Shown: positions 25,140 through 38,800 of the stretch, piece after piece
Position numbering within the stretch: the first letter of the stretch is position 1
Layout: every line of letters starts with the position of its first letter
Origin: Mobula hypostoma
Taxonomy: Eukaryota
Reading direction: 5' to 3'
NCBI RefSeq assembly: GCF_963921235.1
Contig: NC_086097.1
Span: 199,704,001-199,768,000, forward strand
DNA length: 64,000 nucleotides
Translations under genes and position numbers: made by a program
Notes under the pieces: generated by a model
What the model was told of the DNA's origin: nothing
Database searches by the model: none
What the model saw: only the letters and a program-made list of their open reading frames with translations

Positions 25140-25362
25140 AATTATGCACAATCTAATGTCTCGTTGGGAACTGTGGTGCACTGAATGACCCAACTACGTT
25201 ACCCTCCCCCCCTTTCTTTTAAACACCCTCTCCCTCTATGCAATCTGATGTCTTCTCAGGAACTGTGGCGTGCAAAATATGCCGACAGCCACCATTTGCT
25301 TCTTTTAAACTCCCTCTCCCTCGATGAAATCAATGTCTGCATGGGGACTACGGTGCACAGAA
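25140..25362. repeat. Three diverged ~90-100-bp units at the 5' end of the CR1
   Basis: Recurring aatc(t)aatgtc...gg(g)aact(g/a)(t/c)gg(t/c)g motif near 25150, 25242 and 25328. Confidence 0.55.
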
Positions 25363-25374
25363 AGCTTCATAAAA

Positions 25375-26008
25375 CAGCATTAGCTCTCTTCCAATCCTCC
25401 ATCACCTCACATGTGGCTATGTATGTTTTAAATATCTCTGTTAGGGCCACTGCAATTTCTGCACTAGGCTTCCACAGGGTCTGAGGGAACACTTCGTCAG
25501 GCCCTGGGGAGTTACCACTTTAATTTACCTCAAGGCAGCAAACACTTCTTCCTCTGTAATCTGTATAGGATTCACGACTTCACTGCTGCAATGTTTCACA
25601 TCTATTGACTCTGTGTCCAGCTCCTGAGTAAATACAGATGCAAAAAGATCTCCCCCATCTCTTTTTTGGTTCCATTCATGGATTACCACCCTGATTTTCC
25701 AGAGGACCAATGTTGTCCCTTGCTATCCTTTTGTTCTTAATATTTCTGTAGAATCCTTAAGTTACTCCTTCACCTTGTATGCTATAAACAACCACATGTC
25801 CAGACTTAGCCATCCAAATTTCCTTCCGAAGTGCTCCCTTCCATTTGTTATACTCCTCAAGTACCTCATTTCTTCCTGCCTGCCTATATCTGCTATACAC
25901 TTTCTTCTCTTTCTTAAGAAGGGCTTCAATATCTCTCAAAAACCATGGCTTCCTATACCTATGTTTCTTGCATTTTATTCTGACAAGAACATACAAATTC
26001 TGTACCTT
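25375..26008 (-). mobile_element. CR1 ORF2 fragment
   Basis: KPWFLRDIEAL..., FASVFTQE..ITEEEV. Confidence 0.8.
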
Positions 26009-26419
26009 TGCAAGACGAAAAGTAGATTTGCATGTCTAAAATCTTCATCCTGTGCACTAAATGACCTGTACTTTTCCTTCTCATTTAAAACTCTCAGTAA
26101 AATGGTATTTTTAACCAGGTTTTTAGTGACTGATCCTTGTGTTATTTTACATTGATCCCTGTGGCTCTGTGACAAAGCATTTATGCAGGTCTTTGGAAAA
26201 TTGTTTTCAATAAAATATATTCGTTAATATCAATTCTTTTGGATGTGTGAGCTAACTGGATAAGCATCTTTCAATGCAATGGTATCAGTAGAAGACTTAG
26301 TATTTCTTTTGAACCTACAGAAAGTGATGAGAACTCTGGCTACTCTGCATCTGTGATTGACAGTAACAACCATTTATTTAACAATAATCTGAAAATATTC
26401 CTTTATTTAAGGAGAGTAA

Positions 26420-28780
26420 CAGAATCAGAATCACGTTTAATGTCATTGACATATGTAGCTAGGATGCCTAAGACTTTTGCACAGTACGTGGAGCAGAGAC
26501 CAAGTTTGTAAATCTGGCGGAAGCAAAGGATGTTGAGAATGACAAAGGTGGAGCACTATGGGAGGGGTGTGGAGCAGGTGGCAGAGAAGGAGTGCCAGGG
26601 TAGGGGTGTGGCACAGGTGCAGACACACCCAGCCTAGAGACACGAGCAACACACACAGAATGCTGGAGTCTTCAGGCTCCTCTACCTCCTCTTTGATGGT
26701 AGCAACGAGAAGAGGGCATGTCCTGAGCGATGAGCGATCCTTACTGACTGAATGCCACCTTTTTGAGGTATCACCATTTGAAGATATCCTTGATGTTGGG
26801 GAGGCTGGTGCCCATGAAGGAGCTGGCTGAGGTTGCAGCTTCTTGCAGCTTTTTCTGATCCTCTGCAGTGACCCCTCCATACCACAAGGTGATGCAACCA
26901 GTTCTGTATGATACATTTGTAGAAATTTGTGAGATTCTTACATACCAAATCTCTTTAAACACAATATAGTCACTGTCATCCCGCCTTTGTAATTGCATCT
27001 TCAGAAATGTTCTAGAACTTTAAACTATTCACTCTTTCCACTGCTGACCCCTTGCTGAGGACTGGTGTGTGTTCCCTCAACTTCCCTTTCCTCGTCCACA
27101 ATCAATTCCTTTGTCTTAGCGATGCAGAGTGCAAGATTGTTGTTTCAACACCTTCAACCAGATGATCCATCTCTCTCTCTCTCTCTCTACTCATCACCCT
27201 CTGAAATTGAGCCAACAACAGTTGTGTCATCAGCAAATTTATAGATGGCATTTGAACTGTGTCTAACCTCAGAGCCATGGATATAGAGAGTAGAGCAGTG
27301 GGTTAAACATGCTTCCTTGAGGAGAACTAGTGTTGATTTTTAGTGAGGTGGATATGTTAAGTCTGATCTGTTCAGACTATGGTCTCCCAGTGAGGAAGTT
27401 AAAGATCCAGTTGCAGAGGGAGGTAGAGAGGCCCAGGTTTTGGAGCTTGTTGACTCGAACCGAGGGTACGATGGTATTGAACTCTGAGCTGTAATGAATA
27501 AACAACAACCTGATGTAGGTATTGCTATTGTTAAGGTGATTCAAGGTTGAGTGAAGAGCCAGTGAGATTGGCCATGGTCAACCTCTCAAAGCACTTCATC
27601 CCAGCAGATGTGAGTGCAACTGGGTCATACCCATTGAGGCAGCTCACCCTGATCTTCTTGGGCACTGGTATGATTGTTGCCCTTTTGAAACAGGTGGGAA
27701 ATTCAGACTGCAGCAGTAAGAAATTGAAGATGGCCTTGCACACTTCTGCTAGTTAGTTGGCACAGATGTTCAGTGCCCTACCAGGTACACCATCAGGGCG
27801 TGATGCCTTGCAAGAGTTCACCCTCCTGAAAGAGGTTCTGATGGAGGCCTCCAAGATAGAGATCACAGGACGACCAATGCTGCAAGGATTTGCACGGGTG
27901 TGGTTTTATTCTTCCTTTCAAAGCGTGTGTAAAAGGCGTTGAGCTCATCTGGGAGTGAAGCATCACAATCGTTCGTGATGTCAGGTTTCGCCTTATAGGA
28001 AGTAATGGCCTGCAAACCCTGTCAGAGATGACATGCATCTGATTCCATCTCTAAGTTCAATAGGAATTATTTTCTTACTCTTAAAATAGCCTTCTGAATG
28101 TCATACCTGGACTTCTTGTATAGTTCTGGATCAGTGTTCTTGAATGCCACAGATCTAGTCCTCAGCAGACTGTGAATCCCTGATTCATCAACATTTGGGT
28201 ATGTCCAGTAGGTTCTGAAAGGTACACACTCATCCATGCAGATCTTGATTAAGTCAGTGAACTCTATGGCATACTTATTTGGATTCGAAGATGAATCCCT
28301 AAGTACCATCCAGTCCACCAACTCAAAGCTGTCCTCTAAGTGCTCCTCCACCTTGCTTGACAATACTTACTTGGTCCTCACCACTGGTGCTGTGGTCTTT
28401 CGTCTCTGTCTGCTCGTCGGGAGTAGAAGTACAGCCAGGAGAATGGACTTTACAAAGTGAGGGAGTGAGAGGGCATGGTAAGTGTCCTTGATGACTGTGT
28501 AACAGTGGTCAACTGTGTTTGCTCCTCTGGTTCCAGGGGTGATATGTTAGTGGTAATTGTTCAGAGACTTCTTCAAGCTGGCCTGGTTGAAATTCCCTGC
28601 AATGATAGGAAAGGCATCAGGGTGCGCAGTTTTAAAACTGTTGATCATGGTGCTTAGCTCCTCCAGTGCCTGCCTAATGTCGGCCAAAGGTCGAATGTAC
28701 ATTGCTGCAAGGATGAGGGTGAAAACTTCCTCAGCAGGTAAAATAGATGACACATGACTGCTAGATGTTCCAGTCTGGCC
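26420..28780 (-). mobile_element. Degenerate Rex1/Babar LINE (APE + RT)
   Basis: AMYIRPLA..IIAGNFNQA, CFKRATIIPVPKK..YDPVALTS..MKCFERL, NFYKCIIQ; (ttctga)n-type tail near 26420. Confidence 0.85.
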
Positions 28781-28824
28781 TCTTGCTGTATTATAACAAG
28801 GCCCTACTCAGGCTTAAGGAATAG

Positions 28825-30645
28825 TAGGTTCAATAGCTACATTTAATGTCAGAGAAATGTATACAACATACATCCTGAAGTTCATTTTCTTCACAGACAT
28901 TGACAAAAACAGAGGAGTGCCCCAAAGAATGAATGACAGTTAAATGTTAGAACCCCAAAGCCCCTCCAACCTCCCCTCCCACAAACAAGCAGCAGCAATG
29001 CAATGAGAAGCCACCCACCCCCACCAGCAAAAAAGCATCAGCACCCTCCACCGAACATTCAAGCGTGCAGCAAAGCATTAACAAAGACACAGACTTGCAG
29101 TACCTGAAAAACCACTTGTTCACCCAGTAATTTGACATAACACAGTCTCTTTGTAAACATAGAAAACCCACAGCACAATACAGGCCCTTTGGCCAACAAT
29201 GCTGTGTTGAACATGTACTTATTTTAGAAATTACCTAGGGTTACCCAAGCTCCATGTACCTATCCAAAAGTCTCTTAAAAGACCCTATCGTATCTGCCTC
29301 CACCACCATTGCTGGCAGCCCATTCCAGGCACTCACCACTCTGCATAAAATCTTACCCCTGATATCTCCTCTGTACCTATTTCCAACCAACTTAAAACTG
29401 TGTCCTTTCATGCTAGCCATTTCAGCCCTGGGAAAAATCCTCTGACTATCCACATGATTAATGCCTCTCATCATCTTATACACTTCTTTCAGGTCACATC
29501 TTATCCTCCGTCGCTCCAAGGAGAAAAGGCCAAGTTCACTCAACCTATTATCATCAGGCGTGATCCCCAATCCAGGCAACATCCTTGTAAATCTCCTCTG
29601 CACCCTTTCTATAGTTTCCACATCCTTTCTGTAGTGAGGTAACCAGAATTGAGCACAGTACTCCAAGTGGGGTCTGACCAGGGTCCTATATAACTGTAAT
29701 ATTACCTCTCGGCTCTTGAACTCAATTCCACGATTGATGAAGGCCAATGCACCGTATGCCTTCTTAACCACAAAGTCAACCTATGCAGCAGCTTTGAGGG
29801 TCCTATGGACTCAGACCCCAAGATTCCTCTGATCCTCCACACTGCCAAGAGTCTTACTGTTAATACTATATTCTGCCATCATATTTGACCTACCAAAATC
29901 AACCACCTCACACTTATCTGGGTGGAACTCCAACTGCCACTTCTCAGCCCAGTTCTGCATCCTATCAATGTCTTGCTGTAAACTCTGACAGCCCTCCACA
30001 CTATCCACAACACCCCCAACCTTTGTGTCATCAGCAAATTTACTAACCCATCCCTCCACTTCCTCATCCAGCTCATTTATAAAAATCATGAAGAGAAGGG
30101 GACCCCAGCACAGTTCCCTGAGGCACACCACTGGTACTGACCTCTTTGTAGAATAAGGGAAAAAGACATGTCCCTGTTTCGCAGTGAGAGGGGACATAAA
30201 AAATAACTCACTGATTTACGAAGTTAAAAGTCTGTTGCATCCCATTTTAATTAGCTCTGTATCCAGAGTCGGCACCAAAAAGGCACAGGTCTCCGGACAC
30301 ACAACCGCTGGCAGCTAACCCACTGCTCCCGATGTTACGTGTTCTCCCGCGACACCTCAGTCAGGGGCATCAGCCTAGAATCAGCATGTCCTCAGAGCCC
30401 CCAACACCTGGAACCCTGAAGGTACGCTCATCTTCCAGGCTGCGTCCTTGGGATATCAAAAAGCGGCCGGTTGTGAGGCCCTGAGAGCGGGAATCATTCC
30501 CGCAAAGAACCAAAATCAGAGTGTAGCAGTGTCTTCGAAAGAACCCCCCACACCCTGAAAAGGAAAAAAAAGAAATGTCAAAGATAGAAATAATGCTGTT
30601 TCCGACAATTCAAGAAAAGGAGTCACCATTTAGCACCATCTTGAC
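28825..30645 (-). mobile_element. Non-coding non-autonomous element with Rex1-like 3' UTR, split by a CR1
   Basis: Minus 5' end caagatggtgc (~30633-30643); 3' end resembles the Rex1 3' UTR at 34450-34530; no ORF. Confidence 0.5.
29156..30141 (-). mobile_element. 5'-truncated CR1
   Basis: ORFs 29811-30197 and 29241-29771; TSD ctctttgta at 29147-29155 and 30142-30150. Confidence 0.95.
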
Positions 30646-31496
30646 TTCATCCCGCCTCCAGCCTTAACTTCTGTCAGGACTTGTTGCAGTTATCCAGTGT
30701 TAATATCAAATTTTCCAAATTTAGATAATTCTCTTTCTCAGTCTATATTGAAACTGGAAATTTCTGCTTAAGCTCATCCTTCAGAGACATTGGTTCAGTT
30801 TCTCTCTGTCTATTAGTTCTGTCTGACTAGTTGAACATGATCTCCAGTCCTGTTATTAGCAGAAGATAACACTGACAGAAAAGCAAAATCATTCATGCAA
30901 TATGAGTCCAGCCAGCGCAGATAAAATTCCCATTGTTTCCCACTTTATTAAGCCTCCCTTATATCATAGCCAGCCATATGCTGACTTCACATCAAATTAC
31001 ACTTAACTCATCAAAAGAATTTGGTTCACATATTCATGTTTACACCGAGTTTGCAATGAAATCTGGATGTGAGTGGTCTGGATGGAACCCAAACTGAACA
31101 TCAGTGAGCCACAGTGTGATTAAGCCACACAGAGCCTATAGCAGGGAGCCAAAAAAGAACTTTATTCAAAACAGCAGATCTTTTAGAGAATCTGTTTCCC
31201 CTCTTCTCTGACACTCAAGAGTACATTGATACTTTCTACTTTTAAAGACAAAGACAATAAGCGATTAACTGCACCTCAAATGGCTATAATAACCTGCTAT
31301 AACACCTTGACTGTTTAGAGCTAACTTTCGTAGTATTACATATCCACATGGCAGAACCAGACAGTTGGCTGGTCAGAGGAGTTCCGAGCACAAAATACCA
31401 GATAATGAAAGAGTACCTCTTTTGTCACCGTGTTGAAGGATAACTCTCTGAATATACTAACAACCAGAATATTAAGTCCTGAACTGTGTATTACAT

Positions 31497-33277
31497 AGAA
31501 CATAGAATAGTACAGCACAGTACAGGCCCTTCAGCCCACAATGTTGTGCTGACCCTCAAACCCTGCCTCCCATATAAGCCCCCATCTTAAATTCCTCCAT
31601 ATACCTGTCTAGTAGTCGCTTAAACTTCACTAGTGTATCTGCCTCCACCACTGACTCAGCCAGTGCATTCCACGCACCAACCACTCTCTGAGTAAAAAAC
31701 CTTCCTCTAATATCCCCCTTGAACGTCCCACCCCTTACCTTAAAGCCATGTCCTCTTGTATTGAGCAGTGGTGCCCTGGGGAAGAGGCGTTGGCTATCCA
31801 CTCCATCTATTCCTCTTATTATCTTGTACACCTCTATCATGTCTCCTTTCATCCTCCTTCTCTCCAAAGAGTAAAGTCCTAGCTCCCTTAATCTCTGGTC
31901 ATAATGCATACTCTCTAAACCAGGCAGCATCCTGGTAAATCTCCTCTGTACCCTTTCCAATGCTTCCACATCCTTCCTATAGTGAGGCGACCAGAATTGG
32001 ACACAGTACTCCAAGTGTGGCCTAACCAGAGTTTTATAGAGCTGCATCATTACATCACCACTCTTAAACTCTATCCCTCGACTTATGAAAGCTTACACCC
32101 TATAAGCTTTCTTAACTACCCTATCCACCTGTGAGGCAACTTTCAGGGATCTGTGGACATGTACCCCCAGATCCCTCTGCTCCTCCACACTACCAAGTAT
32201 CCTGCCATTTACTTTGTACTCTGCCTTGGAGTTTGTCCTTCCAAAGTGCACCACCTCATACTTCTCCGGGTTGAACTCCATCTTCCACTTCTCAGCCCAC
32301 TTCTGAATCCTATCAATGTTTCTCTGCAATCTTTGACAATCCTCGACACTATCTACAACACCACCAACCTTTGTGTCATCTGCAAACTTGCCAACCCACC
32401 CTTCTACCCCCACATCCAGGTCGTTAATAAAAATCACGAAAAGTAGAGGTCCCAGAACAGATCTTTGTGGGACACCACTAGTCACAATCCTCCAATCTGA
32501 ATGTACTCCCTCCACCACCACCCTCTGCCTTCTGCAGGCAAGCCAATTCTGAATCCACCTGGCCAAACTTCCCTGGATCTCATGCCTTTTGACTTTCTGA
32601 ATAAGCCTACCATGTGGAACCTTGTCAAATGCCTTACTAAAATCCATATAGATCACATCGACTGCACTACCCTCATCTACATGCCTGGTCACTTCCTCAA
32701 AGAACTCTATCAGGCTTGTTAGACACGATCTGCCCTTCACAAAGCCATGCTGACTGTCCCTGATCAGACCATGATTCTCTAAGTGCCCAGAGATCCTATC
32801 TCTTAGAATCTTTTCCAATAGCTTTCCCACCACAGACGTAAGGCTCACTGGTCTATAATTACCCAGACTATCCCTACTACCTGTTTTGAACAAGGGGACA
32901 ACATTTGCCTCCCTCCAATCCTCCTTTACCATTCCCGTGGACAACGAGGACATAAAGATCCTAGCCAGAGGCTCAGCAATCTCTTCCCTCGCCTCGTGGA
33001 GCAGCCTGGGGAATATTCCGTCAGGCCCCGGGGACTTATCCGTCCTAATGTACTTTAACAAGTCCAACACCTCCTCTTCCTTAATATCAACATGCTCCAG
33101 AACATCAACCTCACTCATATTGTCCTCACCATCATCAAGTTCCCTCTCATTGGTGAATACCGAAGAGAAGTATTCAGTGAGGACCTCGCTTACTTCCACA
33201 GCCTCCAGGCACATCTTCCCACCTTTACCTCTAATTGGTCCTACCTTCACTCCTGTCATCCTTTTTTTCTTCACATA
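31497..33277 (-). mobile_element. Young 5'-truncated CR1, RT intact apart from one in-frame stop
   Basis: ORFs 32093-33415 and 31556-32050 are in the same frame; (ttctatg)n tail; TSD attacat at 31490-31496 and 33278-33284. Confidence 0.95.
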
Positions 33278-33304
33278 ATTACATGGCAGGGATATTGGAA
33301 TTGG

Positions 33305-33520
33305 AATTAGACCATAAAACAAAGAAGCAGAATTAGTCCATTCGGTCCATTGAGCCTGTTCTATCATGGCTGACTTATTACCCCTCTCAACCTCCATTCT
33401 TCTGCCTTCTCCCAATAACCTTTGATGCCTTGACTAATTGAGAACCTATCAAAATCTGCTTCAAATATACTCAGTGGCACTGGATTTCAGAGGTCCACCA
33501 CCCTCTGGCTAAAGAAATGC
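33305..33520 (-). mobile_element. Old CR1 3' end
   Basis: Homologous to the 3' UTRs at 18640-18790 and 48425-48650. Confidence 0.75.
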
Positions 33521-34239
33521 CAAAGGACTTTCTAAAGGAATTGTTTTACTATTGTTACGTGTACTGAGATACAGTGAAAAGCTTGTCTTGCGTACTCTTC
33601 ATTCAGATCAACTCATTACATAATGCTTTGGGGTGGAACGAGGTTAATCAAAAACAGAATGCAGAATAAAGTGTAAGAGCCACACAGAAAGTACAGTGTA
33701 AGTGAACAATAAGGTGCAAGATCATAACAAGATAGATTGTGAGGTCATTAATCTATTATATCATCCTTGGAAGCTACTCAATAGTATTTTAATAGTGACA
33801 GAGAAGCTGTCCTGGAGCCTAGTGTTATGTAAATACCAGAGATGGCTATTTAATTCCTTTCTTGATCTCATCAAGAGGGTTAGCAGTGAGAACCAATTAA
33901 TACAACCATTCATATATTATCTTGCAATAGTTACAATGGTACAAACTCAAAATGCCTCACACCCAACATTGGTTTCAATAGCCATGAAGTATCAATGCAA
34001 CTTAAATTGCAAACAATTTTTTTGGAACAATGATTTTCATATTAATTCTTACTTATATGTGCTCCATATAATTTTGTAAGTCCAGAATAATCTTCAGCTA
34101 GTTACTCCATTTAGTACATGCCACTTCCGAGCAATGTTGAGGACAACATCCACTTCTTGGAGAAGTAAAAGTTGAGCTTCGTGTTTTAATTGGTAAAAGA
34201 TTCTGAAAATGGGACCATTGCACAGATAATGATGATGAG

Positions 34240-36640
34240 CTCCTTACTGAGGTACACTGCCACCTCTTGAGGATCTCCTGATGGTGAGGAAGGTTATGCC
34301 TGTGATGGAGCTGGCTGAGTCCATAACTCTCCATTATGTTTCCTTGTTCATCTATAGATATGTGTAAGCATCTTTGGTGACATAATGGATCTCTTCAAAT
34401 TCCTAACAAAGTAGAGATGTGGTGTGTCCTTTTTCATGATTGCATCTAAAATTCAAAGTTAAAAGTAAATTTGTTAATAAAATACATATATGTCACTGTA
34501 TACAACCCTGAGATTTATTTTCTTGTGGACATACTCAATAGATCCATAATAGAACGATAATCATAATATAACCAATGAAAGGCTGCATCTGAGTGTTCAA
34601 CTAGTGGCAAAGCCAAAGACTGTGAAAATACAAATATAAGTAAATAATTATGATAAATAAATAAGCAATAAATATTGAGACCATGAGATGAAGAGTCCTT
34701 GAAAGTTAGTCCATTGGTTGAGAGAGCATTTCAGTGATGAGGCAAGTGAAGTTGAGTGAAGTTATCCCCTTTGGTTCAAGAGCCTGATGGTTGAGGGGTA
34801 ATAACTGTTCCTGAACCTGGAGGTGTGAATCCTGAGGCTCCTGTACCTTTTTTCTGAGAGCAGCAGTAAGAAGAAAACAAGTTCTGGACAGTGGGGAGTC
34901 CCTGATGATGGATGCCGTCTTCCTGCGACAATGCTCAATGTAGGTGTGCTCACTGGTGGAGCAGGCTTTACCTTTGATGGACAGGGGCATATCCATTACC
35001 TTTTGGAGGAATTTCTGTTCAAGGGCACTGGTGTTTCCATACCAGACTGTGCAGCCAGTCAATATCTATACATCTATACAAGTTCGTCAAAGCTTTAGAA
35101 GTCTTGCCGAATCTTCGCAAACTCCTATGGAAATCCACTTAACTACTATGCCGTACTGTGTTACTATTCCTCAGAAATAATAACACCAAGGATTTGAAAG
35201 TTACTGACCCTTTCCACCTCTGATCCTCCAATGAGGACTGTCTTATGGACCTCTAGTTTCCTCCTCCTTAAGTCAATAATCAGCTGCTTGGTCTTGCTGA
35301 CATTGAGTACGAGGTTGTTGTTCCGGCACCACTCATCCAGATTTTCAATCTTCCTCCAATATGCTGATTCATCACCACCTTTGATTAGGTCTACGACATG
35401 GGTGTCATCAGCAAACTTGAATATGGCATTAGAGTTGTGCTTAGCCACACTGTCATAAGTGTAAAGCAAGTAGATCAGGGGGCTAAGCACACAGCCTTCT
35501 GGTGCATCTGTGCTGATGGAAATCACGGAGGAGGTGTTGTTTCCAATTGGAACTGACTGAGGTCTGCAAGTGAGGAAATCGAAGATCCAATTGCACAAGG
35601 AGATATTGAGGCTAAGGTCTTGAAGCTTACTGATTAGTTTTGAGGAGAACGTCTTCAATGTGTTAGGCCCAGGATAGAACCTCTGAGATATTGACAGCCA
35701 GGAACTTGAAGCTGTTTACCCTTTCCATCACTGATCCCTCAATGAGGACCTGTGTTTATTCACCCAACTTCCCTTTCCTGAAGTCCACAATCAATTCCTT
35801 GGTCTTGCTGACATTGAATGCAATATTTTTGATGAGACACCTCTCAACCAGCCAATCTGTCTCACTTCTGTATGACTCCTCATCACTGTCTGAGATTCTA
35901 CCAACAACAGCAGACTCATCAGTGAATTTATAAATGCCATTTGAACTGTGCTTAGCCACACAATCATAAGTGTAGAGATGGTAAAGCAGTGAGTTTGAGG
36001 TACGCTTATTTTGATTGTTAACAAGGAGGAGGATGTTATTGCTGGGCCACTCTGACTGGTCTCCCAAAAACAATCTTGTTGTAGAGAGAGATACAGTGAC
36101 CAAGGAACTGAGGCTTGGTAATTAGTTCTAAGTGGATGATAGTGTTGAGTGCCAAGCTGTAATCAATGAAGAGCAGCCCAGTGTACATTTTACAGTTGGC
36201 TAGGTGCTTCAAGGCAGAGTGGAGAGCTAGCAAGATTGAATCTACTTGTAACCTTGCTTTGGAGGTAAGCATATTGCCAAGTCCCTGCTTAGGCAGAAGT
36301 TAATTTCAGACATAATCAATGATTTGAAGCAATTTATTATGGTAAACGAGTGCTACCTGGCAATAGTTGTTGAGCTTACTCTCCTGGCTCTTTTTTGGCA
36401 CTAGTTTTATTGCTGCATTTTGAAGCCAGTAAGAAATCTTAGACTGCAGCAGTGAAGGTTGAAGATGTTCTCAAACACTTCCACCAGTTACCAGCACGGG
36501 TTTTCAGTATTCATCCGGGCGTGCCATTAGGATCCAACTCCTTGCAAGAGTTCATTCCCATGAAGGATGTTCTGATATCAGCCTCTAGGACAGAGATCAC
36601 AGGGTCACCAGATACTGTGGGGATTCACACAGGTATATGT
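34240..36640 (-). mobile_element. Two nested Rex1/Babar LINEs (inner copy ~34446-35650)
   Basis: The RT core occurs twice: [24 protein letters not shown] (35164-35658) and LYTYDCVAKHSSNGIYKFTDES (35756-36103). The host sequence breaks at ~34445 and resumes at ~35655. Confidence 0.8.
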
Positions 36641-36839
36641 GGAAGTGCGGAAGTGGCTATGAGTGGCAACTCTGCATGCAGCTCCAATGAGAATCTTCAA
36701 GTATTCCTGTTTAGGACTACTACAGCTGAAAACCGCAGTTACAGCCATGGATAATTCACTAAGCAACATCATTTTAAGGTGATTAAACAATCTATCGATC
36801 CTCAAAATCTACAAACCGCAGGTGGCAGACTTAGGTCGT

Positions 36840-38140
36840 GAATGTAGTCTCCCTTTAAAAAAATGGAAGTGGGATAGGCACACTGGGGTACAAGTATGAT
36901 TGAAACACAGAGGCCTTCAAACTCCACTCCCAACTATCCAGCTGATGAATGTAGAGTCTCCGAAAAATAAAACTGAAAACTTCAGAGAACGTTTACAGTG
37001 CAGAGGGACATCAGGGATTGCTGTGTACTTTGCATCATTGAAACATGGTTAATCTTCGTCATTTTGGACACAGTACTGCAGCCTAATGACTTCACCATTC
37101 TCTGCAAAGACAGGTCAGTTCAGTCCTCTAAAGATAGAGCAGGGGGAGTATGCTTCATGATTAACTCATCATGGTGAATAGACATATTGGTTTGGTCTCA
37201 GTCCTGCTCAGCTGATCTGGAACATCTAGTGGTCATAACCCAGCGTTTAGGCAGAGACTAAAGGCCGCAGTACCAGTGGTGAGGACCAATTTGACACAAC
37301 TTGATCGATGTGGCAGAATTTCAATTGGTATCTACAGGAGTGACATAGGTCAGCTGGTTGGATGGTGCCACAACAACAACTTTGCACACGACATCAGCAA
37401 GACCAAGGATTTGATTGTGGAAGGATAAATTGAGGGAACACATACCAGTCCTCATCCAGGCATCAGCAGTGGTAAGGGTAAGTAGTTTTAAGTTCCTGCG
37501 TGTCAACATCTCTGAAGATCTATCCTGGGACCAACATATTGATGCAATTATAAAGAAGGATCAACAGTGGCTACATTTCATTAGGGGTTTGAGGAGATTT
37601 GGTATGTCACCAAAGACACTAGAAACTTTCTGCAGATATATCGTGGAGAGCATTCTAACTGGTTGCAGCACTATCTTCTACGGAAGGGGCCACTGCACAG
37701 GATCGGAAAAAGCTGCAGGAAGTTGCAAACTCAGCCAGCTCCATCATGGGCACCAGACTCTCCAGCATCGAGGGCATCTTGAAAAGGATGCCTTAGAAAG
37801 GCAGCATCTATTGTGAAAGACCCCCTTCACCCAGGACATGCTCCCTTCTCATTACTACCATCAAGGAGGTGGTACAGGAGCCTGAAGAGGTACACTTGTA
37901 CATGTGACATTTCAGGAGCAGCTTCTTCCCCTCCGCCCTCAGATTTCTAAATGGACTATGAATCCATGTACACCACCTCACTATTTTTGCCCTCTTTTTG
38001 CACTACTTTCTTAATTTATATATAGATATGTATACACTTTACATAGCTTTTTATTATGTATTGCACTGTACTACTGCCGCAAATCAACAAATCTCACGAC
38101 ATACTGTATGCCAGTGATATTAAGCCCAATTCTGATTCAC
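36840..38140 (+). mobile_element. Internally deleted Rex1/Babar LINE
   Basis: APE start (~36940-37240) joined to RT end FKFLRVNISEDLSW..FGMSPKTL..ESILTGC; tail attctgattc. Confidence 0.8.
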
Positions 38141-38149
38141 ATAGAGGTC

Positions 38150-38800
38150 AGTCAGAATGGACACAAGTTGGAGAATTAAGGTAGCAGAGGAAACAGGAAA
38201 TTTAAAAGTTACCCAGTAGACAGGACTCAGGTACTCTGCATTGTCACCATCCTATCTGCATTCGGTATCTCCAACATGCAGGGACACCACATAATGAATG
38301 CTAAACTCAGTGCAGTAGACTTGACAAAGTGCCAGAGAATCACTGTTTCACCTGAGAAGAGGTGAAAGGGCAGGTGTTGCACCTCCTGTGGTTGAATGCC
38401 TCAAGATGAGGGGTGGTTGATAATGACAGAGGAGTGGACTAAAGCATTGCAGGGTGTATGATCTCTTCAAAGCACAAACGAGGGAGGGGAATAGTGGTGG
38501 AATCATTTTGGAGTTGGAAGAACTAAGTGGAACAGTATAGTCTGCTGAATGCAGAGGATAGCGCAATGAGAGCAGAGGACCAGGAAACTCCATACTTGAT
38601 CTTTCTTAGAGAACAAAGATGAAACATAGTCAAGGACTCCATTCACAATGGTGGAATGGAATCCATGGTTTAGGAAGAAGGAAGACATTTCAGAGACCTT
38701 TATGAGGAAGGTCTCATCATCTTATTATCAGTGCTGGAGGTAGGAGAATGGGACAGAGTTTTTACTGGAGGAAGACGATAGTTTGACAGTGTGTTTGAAG
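38150..38800 (-). mobile_element. Old Penelope-like fragment (RT C-terminus / GIY-YIG)
   Basis: MSSFFLNHGFHSTIV resembles MSSCFKERGFPSSTI of the 46767 copy. Confidence 0.65.

Larger units (their letters stand above)
20545..25180 (-). mobile_element. Near full-length degenerate CR1 carrying SINE insertions
   Basis: ORF2 fragments 20661-23002 (YMDFS..GVPQ..WISKF); ORF1 fragments CKKCIQLQFL..ELDELKII and AVIGDSLVRG. Confidence 0.9.

Noticed and set aside
26455..26645. Possible Tc1-like MITE end (cctaagacttttgcacagtac)
   Set aside because: Only one TIR-like end is visible, with no partner or TA TSD; too weak to call.
32093..33415. 440-aa ORF as a complete or domesticated gene
   Set aside because: The N-terminal ~45 codons are read-through from flank and an older CR1 3' UTR beyond the TSD at 33278; the rest is truncated CR1 RT.
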